In this document: positions 18,235 to 27,753 of the stretch, piece by piece
Layout: the number at the start of each line of letters is the position of its first letter
Numbering within the stretch: the first letter of the stretch is position 1
NCBI RefSeq assembly: GCF_000253055.1
Contig: NC_016070.1
Span: 1,290,001 to 1,322,000 of the forward strand
Source of the DNA: Thermoproteus tenax Kra 1
Lineage (GTDB): Archaea; Thermoproteota; Thermoprotei; Thermoproteales; Thermoproteaceae
Length of the DNA: 32,000 bases
Reading direction: 5' to 3'
Position numbers and translations under genes: made by a program
Notes under the pieces: model-generated
Databases searched by the model: none
The model's input: only the letters and a program-made list of their open reading frames with translations
What the model was told of the DNA's origin: nothing

Positions 18235-18545
18235 TGACCTGGAGGCTGCTCGGGTATACGGCCTTAAGTGCGACGATGCTTAGCGGCGATACAGCTCTGG
18301 CCGGCTGGACAACTCCGGCGGTGCCTCAACGGAGGCTGGGGCCCACCTCAGGGGCGCGTTCAGAGAGATCCCACAACGAGCGAGGGAGGTACCGTCGTAA
18401 AGGTCGGCCCAAGGGGTCTCCTCCGCCTATCCGCGGCGTTGGCCAACGAGGGGCCTCTGCTTTGAACCCCACCTGGGGAGCGCCGCAAGGGGGCGTCGGT
18501 CGATAGATCTCGACGGCCGATTAAAGGTGCTCATTTTTTTATAAC
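18235..18545 (+). ncRNA. Candidate structured non-coding RNA locus, identity unresolved (strand tentative)
   Basis: GC-rich island between AT-rich flanks with no convincing ORF; local inverted repeats (CGTTGGCCAACG, CCCCACCTGGGG); ends in a run of seven T. Confidence 0.5.
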
Positions 18546-18562
18546 GGCAATTTCGCGTTCGT

Positions 18563-18889
18563 GTGCAAAGGCTTCTGGCCCTGTTGGCCGTCTATAAATT
18601 CGCGTCGAGCCTTGTTATCTACATTGTCACCCTGACGCTGGATCCGGTGTCGATCCTCAGCGCCATTATGACGGCTATCACGTCCCTCATATCGTCAATC
18701 AGCAGAGAGGCCGAGATATTCTTGGTCCTTATTCCCCTAATAGTGTTGGTCGACGTAATTGGACTTGTCCTTGCCATCTCTGCTATAATAGGCGCAATGG
18801 CTGGCGATTACACGCCCTATCTGGGGTTTTATATGGTAGCGCTTGTATGGGACATTGAGGCCTTCCGTATCTCTAGACAGATATCATGA
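18563..18889 (+). CDS. Small membrane protein
   Basis: 108 aa, three hydrophobic stretches. Confidence 0.6.
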   Translation: MQRLLALLAVYKFASSLVIYIVTLTLDPVSILSAIMTAITSLISSISREAEIFLVLIPLIVLVDVIGLVLAISAIIGAMAGDYTPYLGFYMVALVWDIEAFRISRQIS

Positions 18890-19231
18890 TACGACGTCGA
18901 CGGCCTTCTCCACGATGTATTCGTCGAAATTGCCGTAGACTTTTATCTTGAACAGAGCACGTCCACCGGGCGGCGAAGAGCGTACCTTATATATATTATC
19001 AGCTATTCTCTCTATATATACATTTTTATCTGCCTGATACTCTATTTCATAATTTTTTAAAAGTAAAGATAAATTTGTAAAATCGATAAGCCCCTCGCCC
19101 CTCACCCTAGGAACCACGGGGAACGATTTCACGGTTTTTATTATTTTTAAATCGTATTCTATTTTATATAATATATATATTCCTAGTCCTACTACTAATC
19201 CAAATAATAATAAATCTATTGTGATATTCAT
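18884..19231 (-). CDS. Single-TM hypothetical protein
   Basis: N-terminal TM helix (LLLFGLVVGLGIYILYKI) and a soluble domain. Confidence 0.55.
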   Translation of the reverse strand: MNITIDLLLFGLVVGLGIYILYKIEYDLKIIKTVKSFPVVPRVRGEGLIDFTNLSLLLKNYEIEYQADKNVYIERIADNIYKVRSSPPGGRALFKIKVYGNFDEYIVEKAVDVVS

Positions 19232-19542
19232 TTATATGTTTCAAGGATCATTTGTGCCGTCTGAGGAGTCGTCTTAAGGCCATAGAAGGCGTTGAAGCTT
19301 ATGTCGCCGCACCATCTAGGCCACATCTCAATTCTGTTGTCCCACAGAACGATGTTGTACCCCTCCGGGTTGTATGCTCTCTTCATCTTCCCGACCAACT
19401 CTTGGATCAGCTTGGCAAGCTCCACTAGCTCTTTGTCGGACAACTGATCTATGGGTCTCTCCGACGAAATGATTACGTGTCCGCTGTTGAGGGGCCTATC
19501 TGCTGGCTCAACTGTAAAAAGGTCCACCTTTTTAATTATCAT
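19228..19542 (-). CDS. HIT-fold-like protein lacking the histidine triad
   Basis: PLNSGHVIISSERPIDQLSDKELVELAKLIQELVGKMKRAYNPEGYNIVLWDN....PRWCGDISF matches HIT domain flanks, but HxHxH is absent. Confidence 0.6.
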   Translation of the reverse strand: MIIKKVDLFTVEPADRPLNSGHVIISSERPIDQLSDKELVELAKLIQELVGKMKRAYNPEGYNIVLWDNRIEMWPRWCGDISFNAFYGLKTTPQTAQMILETYK

Positions 19543-20537
19543 TTAACTGGGATCTTTATATCGAGCGCCTTGGCCAACTCCTTGTATCTGTTCCTCACTG
19601 TGACCTCGGTGACGCCTGCGGCCACTGCAAAGTCCTTCTGTGTCCTATTGTCGCCGTGTAGCAAGGACGCTATATAGACAGCCGCGGCGGCTAAGCCTGC
19701 CGGGTCCTTTCCGGCCGTCAAACCCGCCTTCTTGGCCCTATTTATTATATCTATCGCGGTCTTGACGACGTCGCCTGTAAGCTTCAGCTGTTCAGCGACT
19801 CTGGATATATACAACACGGGGTCGCTTATAGGAACCCTTACGTTTAACTCCCTTAGGAGCAATCTATAACATCTCGCGACCTCGCGCCTAGACGCCTTAG
19901 TGTACCTTATCAATTCATCCAGAGGCCTTGGGGTCTTCAACATCCTGCAAGCCATATACAGCGCCGCGGCGGCCATCGCCTCCACAGAGCGCCCTCTCAC
20001 TAGCTCTTTCTCCAACGCTTGTCTGTAGATCTCTAGGGCTTGTTCCACACACGGCCTCGGCACTCCCATGGAGCTCTTGAGCCTCTCCAACTCTTGGGCA
20101 GCTTGTACGAAGTTGCGCTCGTAGCTGGTCTGTACTCTGGCGCGCGTTTGCCACTTCCTCAATCTGATCACCTCCAACTTCCTCTTAAGGTCTAGCTCCT
20201 TGCCAGAGACGTCTCTGTCCCTCCAATCGATCACAGTGGTTAGAGCCTCCGAGACTAACCTCGTTATGGGAGCGCCCGTGCGGGCCCTCTGACCCTTCTC
20301 CTCGTTTGTAAAGGCTCTCCACTCGGGGCCTAGGTCGACTAAATTCTCCGATATTACTGTGCCGCAGACGACGCAAACTATCTCGCCTCGCTCGTAATTG
20401 TATACGAACTTGTCGTTTCCGCAGACAGGACATACATACGGCTCTCCTGTCTCTGTGATTAAGCTTAAATAGCCATCGCTACTTTTAGCGATACGGAGCT
20501 TCGGAGGAACCCCCTGGTTAGTGCCCTGAGCCGACAT
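19539..20537 (-). CDS. tfb: Transcription initiation factor B
   Basis: Zn ribbon CPVCGNDKFVYNYERGEIVCVVCGTV, B-reader DLGPEWRAFTNEEKGQRARTGAP, two cyclin repeats. Confidence 0.96.
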   Translation of the reverse strand: MSAQGTNQGVPPKLRIAKSSDGYLSLITETGEPYVCPVCGNDKFVYNYERGEIVCVVCGTVISENLVDLGPEWRAFTNEEKGQRARTGAPITRLVSEALTTVIDWRDRDVSGKELDLKRKLEVIRLRKWQTRARVQTSYERNFVQAAQELERLKSSMGVPRPCVEQALEIYRQALEKELVRGRSVEAMAAAALYMACRMLKTPRPLDELIRYTKASRREVARCYRLLLRELNVRVPISDPVLYISRVAEQLKLTGDVVKTAIDIINRAKKAGLTAGKDPAGLAAAAVYIASLLHGDNRTQKDFAVAAGVTEVTVRNRYKELAKALDIKIPVK

Positions 20538-20616
20538 CCCTTATAAATACTTTATAAGTATATAAATTTTTCGCATATATTAGTTATTTAGTTTATTCTT
20601 ATAATAATACAGTATA

Positions 20617-21582
20617 TTATTTCTTTATAGAATTTATTATTCTTCTAACTCTAGCAAGAATTCCATAAATTTGTACAAGGCCATTGGCGCCCCGCAGAAC
20701 GGCATAATGGGCTCTCTCGACCTCATATGCTAGATCGGGCTTCAAGTGCTCGGGTACATCGAGCCTTAGAACCTCTCTGTGGATCTGCCTTATCAGCTCT
20801 AGTTCGCCTACTCCTCCGTCGGCCACTATGCCGTATATCTGAGATATAGCTTTACTGAAGTCGCCGCTGATGGCCTCGGCGATGAGCCGACGTAGGATCG
20901 ATGGACTGACATAGCCGAGCGCCCTTGCGATGGCCTCCTCGTCTATCTCCCTGGTTGTGGAGCTGGCTATCTGCAACGCCGTTATTGCCCTCCTCATATC
21001 GCCCTGTGTGAAGTCGAATATTGCCTCCAAGGCATCTTGAGTCACCTTCAGACCTTCTTGCTCCGCTATATACCTCAGCCTAGCCACTACCGCATCCTTG
21101 GGCAAGGGCGAGAAGCGGAAGACTGCACAACGCGATTGTATGGGCTCGATAATGCCCGACACGTAGTTAGCCAACAGAACGAACCTGGTGGTCGCCGCGT
21201 ACATCTCCATTATCCTCCTGAGCGCCTGCTGCGCGTCGGAGGTCATGTTGTCCGCCTCGTCCAATACGACCAGCTTGAAGGGGGCTCCGCCGGCCGGCGC
21301 AGTTCTGGCGAACTCCTTGACCCTCTCCCTTATCACGTTTATCCCCCTCTCGTCGGACGCGTTGAGCTCCAGCGTGTTCTCGCGCCAGCGCTCCCCGTAG
21401 AGCTCCCTCGCGAGCACCAGGGCGGTCGTAGTCTTGCCCGTGCCGGGCGGGCCGTAGAAGAGGAGGTGGGGCATGTTGCCGGCCTTTATGAACTCCGCCA
21501 GCCTGGCCTTTATCTCCTCCAAGTCCACTATCTCGGCGAAGGACTTGGGGCGGTACTTCTCGAACCAGAAGAGATCCGTCAT
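20617..21582 (-). CDS. rfcS: Replication factor C small subunit
   Basis: WFEKYRPKSFAEIV, LLFYGPPGTGKTTTAL, DEADNMTSDAQQALRR, SRCAVFRFSPL. Confidence 0.97.
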   Translation of the reverse strand: MTDLFWFEKYRPKSFAEIVDLEEIKARLAEFIKAGNMPHLLFYGPPGTGKTTTALVLARELYGERWRENTLELNASDERGINVIRERVKEFARTAPAGGAPFKLVVLDEADNMTSDAQQALRRIMEMYAATTRFVLLANYVSGIIEPIQSRCAVFRFSPLPKDAVVARLRYIAEQEGLKVTQDALEAIFDFTQGDMRRAITALQIASSTTREIDEEAIARALGYVSPSILRRLIAEAISGDFSKAISQIYGIVADGGVGELELIRQIHREVLRLDVPEHLKPDLAYEVERAHYAVLRGANGLVQIYGILARVRRIINSIKK

Positions 21583-22058
21583 AGCTTAAACTCTTCTGCG
21601 AGCTGGGTAGGCATGTATTTGTTATCCTTCTTTATTATATAGCCCAACCTGTTTAGAATCTCAAGCAATTCGTACTCCCTTTCGTCGAGAGACTCGGCCT
21701 TTTCTACGTCGATAGGCAACCTGTTTAATAGATCCGATATCGCTCTCTTTGATGCAACGACCTCTCTGTTGGCGCCCTCATCTCTGAGCAGTACCACAAG
21801 GCCCCTCTCAACGAGCCTCTTGAGGGCGCCCTTCGATCTTACGTCCTTTACGTCCACGAACTTCTGGTCCTCTATCATTTTGAGCAGTGGATGTCCCTCA
21901 TCGCGTCTCCGGCCCCTCGCTACTCCCGACTGCCCACCCTCCTCGAACATCTGCCTTATATCTCTCAGCTCCTCCAACACTAAATTGACGAGACCCTCTA
22001 GAGCCTCTATCCTCTCCTCTAAATCCTTAAGACGAGCGATACATTCATCATCTCGCAT
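21579..22058 (-). CDS. Hypothetical protein, coiled-coil N-terminus and possible wHTH
   Basis: 159-aa ORF whose stop overlaps the rfcS start by 4 nt. Confidence 0.65.
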   Translation of the reverse strand: MRDDECIARLKDLEERIEALEGLVNLVLEELRDIRQMFEEGGQSGVARGRRRDEGHPLLKMIEDQKFVDVKDVRSKGALKRLVERGLVVLLRDEGANREVVASKRAISDLLNRLPIDVEKAESLDEREYELLEILNRLGYIIKKDNKYMPTQLAEEFKL

Positions 22059-23199
22059 GAATTTCTACTACGTCATTATCTTTAAGCCTATATTCGAGTC
22101 CCACCCTCTTAGGCCACTTTGGGAACTCGTCGCGCCGCCAGACGACTGCGTACTTAAACTGCTCGTAAAGAGAGCTGTGTATCATCTTTGCTATATCGCC
22201 AACTGTCGTGTTTTCTTTGACCACTAGAGGCTTCGGCGTGTACCAGTCGCTGTGTATCTGTTTCGTGAAAACTCTGATCATTCTGAGCGTCCCCAGTATC
22301 AGCTCCAACAGCCTCCTTCTGTCAATATCACACGCTGGCAGGTTGACCCTCATGTGGGGGATGCCCAAGCTTTCGAGCTCTCGCTCTACTCCGTCGCCAT
22401 CTCCAGAGATTAAGGCAATGCTGGGCTTGAACAGATGCTCGGAAAAAATGGCGTTCTCGACATCGTCCAGCGTGGCCTCCCCGTCCACGTAGACTACGGC
22501 GTGGTGTATACCGTAGTCGGACAAAAGCCTCTTGACGTCATCCAACGTAGTGTTCCTTAGTTTCCCGACCACTTGGACTCCCCCCATACTTCTCCGCTCG
22601 ACTCTCACCAAGGTCTTCGGCCTGTACACCGAAATGCCGGCCTCGTCGAAGAGCTTTACCATCGCAGACAATGTGGCACCAGGGTTTGCATCGCCTCGCA
22701 AAAGCAAGATGAGGCCGTCTGCGTTTCTCGCCAACGCAAACGTTATAGAGTTTAAATCGCTGGAGAAGTCGTCGAGAACGAGGCTGGGCGCCTTGACCAA
22801 CTGGATATATACGTTGTCCTCCACAAACATGGCGGGAACGGGCTCCACTGTGCTGAAGGGGATCGCGTCGGGCTCCAAGCGCACTGAGGTGAGACACCTC
22901 AGTAGCGAGCTCTTGCCGCCGTTGGGAGGTCCAACGACTACTAACTGTATATCGCCATCCTTTTTGACGTAGTGCCCGCCCGATCCCCTCGCGCCTCTCT
23001 CCTTCGCCTTGCGCTCCTCGACCTCCCTCCTCAGCTCCGCCATCCTCCTTCTGACGAACTTTATGAGCTTCTCAGTGCCTTTATGCTTGGGCACCGCGGA
23101 GAGGAACTCCTCCATCGCTCTTATTTTCTCTTCGGGCGTCTTAGCCTCCATCACTTTCAGCCACTTAGCCTTGGCCTCAGCCGGCAGATTGGCGGGCAC
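22048..23199 (-). CDS. DRG/OBG-type GTP-binding protein with TGS-like C-terminus
   Basis: VVGPPNGGKSSLLRCLTSVRLEPDAIPFSTVEPVP (G1/G2) and C-terminal TVGDIAKMIHSSLYEQFKYAVVWR...GLEYRLKDNDVVEI. Confidence 0.88.
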   Translation of the reverse strand: MPANLPAEAKAKWLKVMEAKTPEEKIRAMEEFLSAVPKHKGTEKLIKFVRRRMAELRREVEERKAKERGARGSGGHYVKKDGDIQLVVVGPPNGGKSSLLRCLTSVRLEPDAIPFSTVEPVPAMFVEDNVYIQLVKAPSLVLDDFSSDLNSITFALARNADGLILLLRGDANPGATLSAMVKLFDEAGISVYRPKTLVRVERRSMGGVQVVGKLRNTTLDDVKRLLSDYGIHHAVVYVDGEATLDDVENAIFSEHLFKPSIALISGDGDGVERELESLGIPHMRVNLPACDIDRRRLLELILGTLRMIRVFTKQIHSDWYTPKPLVVKENTTVGDIAKMIHSSLYEQFKYAVVWRRDEFPKWPKRVGLEYRLKDNDVVEIHAR

Positions 23200-23221
23200 T
23201 TGATTATGTGATTTATAGTTT

Positions 23222-23908
23222 TTAGGACTTTCGCAAGAACCTCGAAATTAAGGACTTGGTATCCTCATCGTCGGCCAACGCGGCGAGTTGGTACAGCACC
23301 TCCTCCTTCAAATGCTTTCTGATCATATGCCTATTATATTTAACAATTCTAAACGTGTGTCTCGGGACTATGAAAATTTTACGAATAGCATCGTCGAGGG
23401 TGCCTATATGGTGAATCAGCCCCATGGCCTTGGCTTCCTCCGCCGTGATGGGCCTAGCAAGCAATGAACGGACAACATTGTAGCCGAGGAGCTCCGCCAA
23501 CATTATGGTGTACGGAGGGAAGACGCCGAGCTTTATCCCTTGGAGAGACAACTTTAATCCGGGCGCGGCGGCCACCACGTAGTCCACGAAATACGTGAAC
23601 TCGACGCCGAAGCCGTAGGCGTCGCCAGACAGATAGGCCACAGTAGTGGCGGTACAATCCAATACGTGCTCCACAAGCCTGTGTAGCGATGCCAAATACT
23701 CCCTGGCAGCGACAGAGCCTCTGAGGAAAACGCCTAAGTCTAGGCCCGACGAGAAGACATCGCCGCGGTTTGAAAAAACCACTAGGTCGAGACCCTCACA
23801 TCGAATAGAGCTAAGTTTATTTATTACTTCTAAGGTAAACGCATTTCTATTTGCAATGGAATTTAGGTAGACCAGAAGCATATTATCCTGTCGTTCTACT
23901 TCGATCAC
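23222..23908 (-). CDS. Enoyl-CoA hydratase/isomerase (crotonase) family protein
   Basis: LNSIANRNAFTLEVINKL, SSGLDLGVFL, YLSGDAYGFGVEFTYFVDYVVAA. Confidence 0.82.
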   Translation of the reverse strand: MIEVERQDNMLLVYLNSIANRNAFTLEVINKLSSIRCEGLDLVVFSNRGDVFSSGLDLGVFLRGSVAAREYLASLHRLVEHVLDCTATTVAYLSGDAYGFGVEFTYFVDYVVAAAPGLKLSLQGIKLGVFPPYTIMLAELLGYNVVRSLLARPITAEEAKAMGLIHHIGTLDDAIRKIFIVPRHTFRIVKYNRHMIRKHLKEEVLYQLAALADDEDTKSLISRFLRKS

Positions 23909-23953
23909 ACTAGACGAAAGATAATGATTTAAAAAACTGAAAAAAGTTCTATC

Positions 23954-25273
23954 ATGTCAGATTACCTAGAGAAAATAAAGGCGCAGATACCCAATATCCA
24001 GCCGTTTGCCGGCAAATACGCTGAGCCCGTCGAGGGCTCGTACATAACTTACACAGGCCCAGGACAGTTGAAAGTACCAGATAAGGTAGTCATAGGCTAC
24101 ATTGAGGGCGACGGCACAGGGCCTGAGGTCGCCTACGCCGCCATTAAGGTGGCCAACGCGGCCGTCGAGAGGGCCTACGGCAAGTCGCGCAGAGTGCTCT
24201 GGTATGAGGTGCTCGTGGGGTCTAAGGCTGAGAAAATATTGGGCAGTAGACTGCCCGATCAGAGCGTGGAAGTGCTAAAGAAGATCAGAGTGTTCCTCAA
24301 GGCGCCTTTAGAGACGCCTGTGGGCGGCGGCTTCCGTAGCCTTAACGTAACATTGAGACAGATATTTGACCTCTACGCCAACATCAGGCCCGTCAAGTAC
24401 TTCCCCGGTCTACCCTCGCCTCTGAAGAGGCCGGAGAGCGTAGACTTAGTCATATTCAGAGAGAACACTGAGGACGTCTATATGGGCATTGAATGGCCTT
24501 GGAATTCGCCGGAGGCCGCCAAGGTGAGAGAGTTCTTGAGGAGAGAGCTCAAAGTCGATATAAGGGACGACGCCGGCATAGGCATAAAGCCCATAAGCAA
24601 GTTCGGGACCCAGAGGATAGCGCGGCTCGCGTTGAAGTTCGCTGTGGAGAACAAGAGAAGGGTCGTCACCATAATGCACAAAGGAAATATTCAGAAGTAC
24701 ACGGAGGGCGCGTTTAGAGATTGGGCCTATGAGGTGGCCAAGAACGAGTTCAGAGACCACGTGGTTCTGGAGGAGGAGTTGGCCCAGTATGGAGGCAAAG
24801 TGCCGCCGGGCAAGATCTTGGTCAATGATAGGATAGCCGACAATATGTTGCAACAGCTGTTAACGCGCACCGGCGAGTACGACGTCATCCTAGCGCCCAA
24901 TCTCAATGGGGACTACGTGAGCGATGAGGCGGCGGGCCTAGTGGGCGGACTCGGCGTGGCGCCCGGCATAGATGTGGGCGATTGGGGGATGATGGCCGAG
25001 CCAGTGCATGGCACTGCGCCCAAATACACGGGCAAGAACTACGTCAACCCCACTGCGACTATCCTGGCGCTTGAGCTGCTCTTCAGGTTCATCGGCTGGA
25101 GAGAGGCCGCTGACTTGATAACGAGGGGCGTCAGCAAGGCCTACTCAGAGGGGTACTTCACCGGCGACTTAGCCAGGCAGATGACCGATGAGGAAAGGAA
25201 AGTTGTAAAGGAAGTGCTTGGAACTCAAGAATTTGCTGAGAAAGTAGCTGAGATAATCAAAACCGAGCTATAA
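23954..25273 (+). CDS. icd: Isocitrate dehydrogenase
   Basis: YIEGDGTGPEV, FRENTEDVYMGIEWP, ITIM-type HKGNIQKYTEGAF, NLNGDYVSDEAAGLVGGLG, AEPVHGTAPKYTGKNYVNPTA. Confidence 0.96.
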   Translation: MSDYLEKIKAQIPNIQPFAGKYAEPVEGSYITYTGPGQLKVPDKVVIGYIEGDGTGPEVAYAAIKVANAAVERAYGKSRRVLWYEVLVGSKAEKILGSRLPDQSVEVLKKIRVFLKAPLETPVGGGFRSLNVTLRQIFDLYANIRPVKYFPGLPSPLKRPESVDLVIFRENTEDVYMGIEWPWNSPEAAKVREFLRRELKVDIRDDAGIGIKPISKFGTQRIARLALKFAVENKRRVVTIMHKGNIQKYTEGAFRDWAYEVAKNEFRDHVVLEEELAQYGGKVPPGKILVNDRIADNMLQQLLTRTGEYDVILAPNLNGDYVSDEAAGLVGGLGVAPGIDVGDWGMMAEPVHGTAPKYTGKNYVNPTATILALELLFRFIGWREAADLITRGVSKAYSEGYFTGDLARQMTDEERKVVKEVLGTQEFAEKVAEIIKTEL

Positions 25274-25278
25274 TTTTT

Positions 25279-25752
25279 TCAAGCCTCTTTGGCGTATACG
25301 GAGTCCACCGGGCGGAAGTTCATCCTCTTGTAGAACTCTATGGCTATCTCGTTCAAGGCCGGGAAATCGGCCATTATGACTTGAGCCCCCTTCCTCTTGA
25401 GGCTGTCCGATATCTCTGAGAGCATTCTCTTGCCTAACCCTTTACGTCTATATTCTGGCAAAATGTAGAACTCTCTGATTACGCCAGCCATGCGCGGCTC
25501 GTAGAAGACTCTGTCTTCTATATCGCCGATCACAACACCGATTATCTTGCCGTCTACCTCGGCCACTAACACTACGGAGGTCGAGCTTGCTATCTTGGAC
25601 TTCACATACTCCTTGGATACAGAGAGAATATTGTCGACAGGCTTTAACAAGGGATCGAACTCGCCATTGAGCCTTTTGAGGCGCGCCACAAGGTCGGCCA
25701 CTGCATCCACATCGCTCTCTAGGGCCAACCTTATCACTATGTTCGGATACAT
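25279..25752 (-). CDS. GNAT-family N-acetyltransferase
   Basis: IREFYILPEYRRKGLGKRMLSEISDSLKRKGAQ acetyl-CoA binding motif. Confidence 0.9.
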   Translation of the reverse strand: MYPNIVIRLALESDVDAVADLVARLKRLNGEFDPLLKPVDNILSVSKEYVKSKIASSTSVVLVAEVDGKIIGVVIGDIEDRVFYEPRMAGVIREFYILPEYRRKGLGKRMLSEISDSLKRKGAQVIMADFPALNEIAIEFYKRMNFRPVDSVYAKEA

Positions 25753-25791
25753 GGCTTGACTTTACGACTATTTTATAAGTTGATTTTACGA

Positions 25792-26757
25792 CTAGATAGG
25801 TACTATATAATGTTTATTGTCTATCTCGACATAGTAGACGACGCCTAGGCCCCCAGGCGCACCAAGGCCCTCTCCGCCGACGCCCCTCCTTGCCTTGGCT
25901 ACCTTCTCAGTCTTGACTTCCGTGAATCTATACAATGGAAATCTCACTTGGGCCTTGCTGGCTACATCGACGGTCACCACTTCTCTATTGTTTACGTCTA
26001 TAACTAAATAATAGGAGGGCCCTCTTCTCACTACGTCGCCCTCCTCCAGAGTAATCACGTACACCGTAGCGGTATAGTGGTAGACCTTCTTGTCGCCTCT
26101 GCCTTTCAACACCTTATAACTCTCTACGTAATCGCTGGGAAGCACTTGGTGGATCTTATGGGCGATGTGTCTCGCCAACTTCGGCTCTGTGGTCAAGACC
26201 TCAACGCCGCCCCTCGTCCTCTCTATGGAGATCACAGAGCCTATGTTCCTCCCCCGCGCCTCGTATAATACGTGCTCTAGCACCGACTCTATCTTTTTGT
26301 ATTCAATCTCTCCGAGGTCCTCAGGATAGCCCTTTATTCTCACAAGGCCCCTCTCAACTCCCCATATGTTCCTTCTACAGTCAGGACATACGTCCAATAA
26401 AAAGGGAGCTACATAGGACGTCTGGAACTCTCTGGGCTTTATTAGCTCATGGGGCGCGCCCACGCCAGCTATGTTGTAGACCACGCGGTCTTCGTAGACC
26501 TCGATTTGAACGGCGTTTAGAGCACCTTTAACGTCAATGTTGTCTCTGAGAAGCCTCTCCAGCAGTTCCCGATCGTCTCCCCTCTTGGGCTTGACCCAAC
26601 GCCCTCTGATGTAGTAAGCGCCACAGTATTTGCATCTTACTACGTTGAAGTTCTTTATCTCGAGCACCGGATGTCTGCTTAAGTAGCACTCCTCGCACAT
26701 GCCCTCGATGAGCCGGTCCACAGCTCTGCCACAGATGGGGCACAAAACCTTGGGCAC
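25792..26757 (-). CDS. nmd3: NMD3 family ribosome-export/biogenesis protein
   Basis: Two CxxC pairs (CPICGRAVDRLIEGMCEEC, CKYCGAYY) and CPDCRRNIWGVERG. Confidence 0.85.
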   Translation of the reverse strand: MPKVLCPICGRAVDRLIEGMCEECYLSRHPVLEIKNFNVVRCKYCGAYYIRGRWVKPKRGDDRELLERLLRDNIDVKGALNAVQIEVYEDRVVYNIAGVGAPHELIKPREFQTSYVAPFLLDVCPDCRRNIWGVERGLVRIKGYPEDLGEIEYKKIESVLEHVLYEARGRNIGSVISIERTRGGVEVLTTEPKLARHIAHKIHQVLPSDYVESYKVLKGRGDKKVYHYTATVYVITLEEGDVVRRGPSYYLVIDVNNREVVTVDVASKAQVRFPLYRFTEVKTEKVAKARRGVGGEGLGAPGGLGVVYYVEIDNKHYIVPI

Positions 26758-26769
26758 TCACACCCACGG

Positions 26770-27714
26770 CTACCGTATTAAATCTTTGATGGTCTCGGCT
26801 ATCGCGCGTGCCAGAGGCGGCGGAACTGCCTCGCCTATTTGATTGAACTGGGAGTCCTTGGGTCCGAAGAACACGTGGTAGTCTGGAAAGCCCATCAGCC
26901 TGGCCTGCTCCCTCACTGTGAGGAGTCTGTCCTCCTCGGGGTGTACGAATCTCCTAGTGCCCATCACCGTGGGCGCTATTTCGTCCCACCTCAGTCTTAT
27001 GTAGTTCCCATAGATCTCCCTAGCGCCTCTGAACTTCATCAGAGCTTCCCCCGGCCTCAGCCTAGCTATTCTCTCGGCCTTAGATCGGCTCAGCGTGACG
27101 GTCTCGTGGTTAGGAAAACCTGAGTCCACTGGCGGAAGCCCCTCCAACGCGTCTCTTACAGTCCTACGACCTCTCGGCGGCGGCGCTATTCTTAGATTTG
27201 ATATAAATACACGTTTTCTATGGCTAGGAACTTCATAATGTTCTGCAAAAAGTATATTGAAATATACTTCATCAAAACCTATTCTCTTAAATTCTCTTCT
27301 TATGGCCTCCCTGAGGGGGCCTTGGGCTATGCCGGGCACGTTCTCCAAAACAAAGACCTTGGGCTGGAGCTCTCCTACCAGCCTGATGAAGTGAAGCGTC
27401 AGTTGGCCCAGAGGGTCTGTATAGAGTCTGTCAAGAGGGTCGTCCATACGCCTCGGGTTTGTCGCCGTGAAAGGCTCACAGGGGGAGCCGCCGATAAGCA
27501 AGTCGACTCTTCCTACATGTCTCTCTATCTCTCGGTAGGTCACGCTGGCCACGTCCTCCTCCAGGACGATGGCCTTGGGGAAATTGTAGCTGAACGTCCT
27601 GGCAGCGTTTGGATCTAGCTCTACGCCAAGGGATACTCTGAAGCCTGCGTCAGAGAATCCTCTGGAGAATCCTCCGCCGCCTGCGAATAGGTCTACGACG
27701 TTATACATATGCAC
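26770..27714 (-). CDS. DNA (cytosine-5) methyltransferase
   Basis: Motif I VVDLFAGGGGFSRGF, motif IV GGSPCEPFTATNP, motif VI VLENVPG, motif VIII VPSHRKRVF, motif IX/X RLLTVREQARLMGFPD...QIGEAVPPPLA. Confidence 0.93.
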   Translation of the reverse strand: MHMYNVVDLFAGGGGFSRGFSDAGFRVSLGVELDPNAARTFSYNFPKAIVLEEDVASVTYREIERHVGRVDLLIGGSPCEPFTATNPRRMDDPLDRLYTDPLGQLTLHFIRLVGELQPKVFVLENVPGIAQGPLREAIRREFKRIGFDEVYFNILFAEHYEVPSHRKRVFISNLRIAPPPRGRRTVRDALEGLPPVDSGFPNHETVTLSRSKAERIARLRPGEALMKFRGAREIYGNYIRLRWDEIAPTVMGTRRFVHPEEDRLLTVREQARLMGFPDYHVFFGPKDSQFNQIGEAVPPPLARAIAETIKDLIR

Positions 27715-27753
27715 TCTATCGTAACCTTTTTATAGATATAACTCAATGGGAGT

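Noticed and set aside
18235-18545. Assignment of the GC-rich locus as SRP (7S) RNA
   Set aside because: The nearly invariant helix-8 motif (GGAAG...AGCAG) is absent on both strands, so I left the RNA unidentified.
21037-21642. 201-aa ORF antisense to rfcS
   Set aside because: RFC small subunit on the other strand has unambiguous motifs; this frame is a shadow.
24446-24853. ORFs within and opposite icd
   Set aside because: Contained in a strongly conserved isocitrate dehydrogenase gene.
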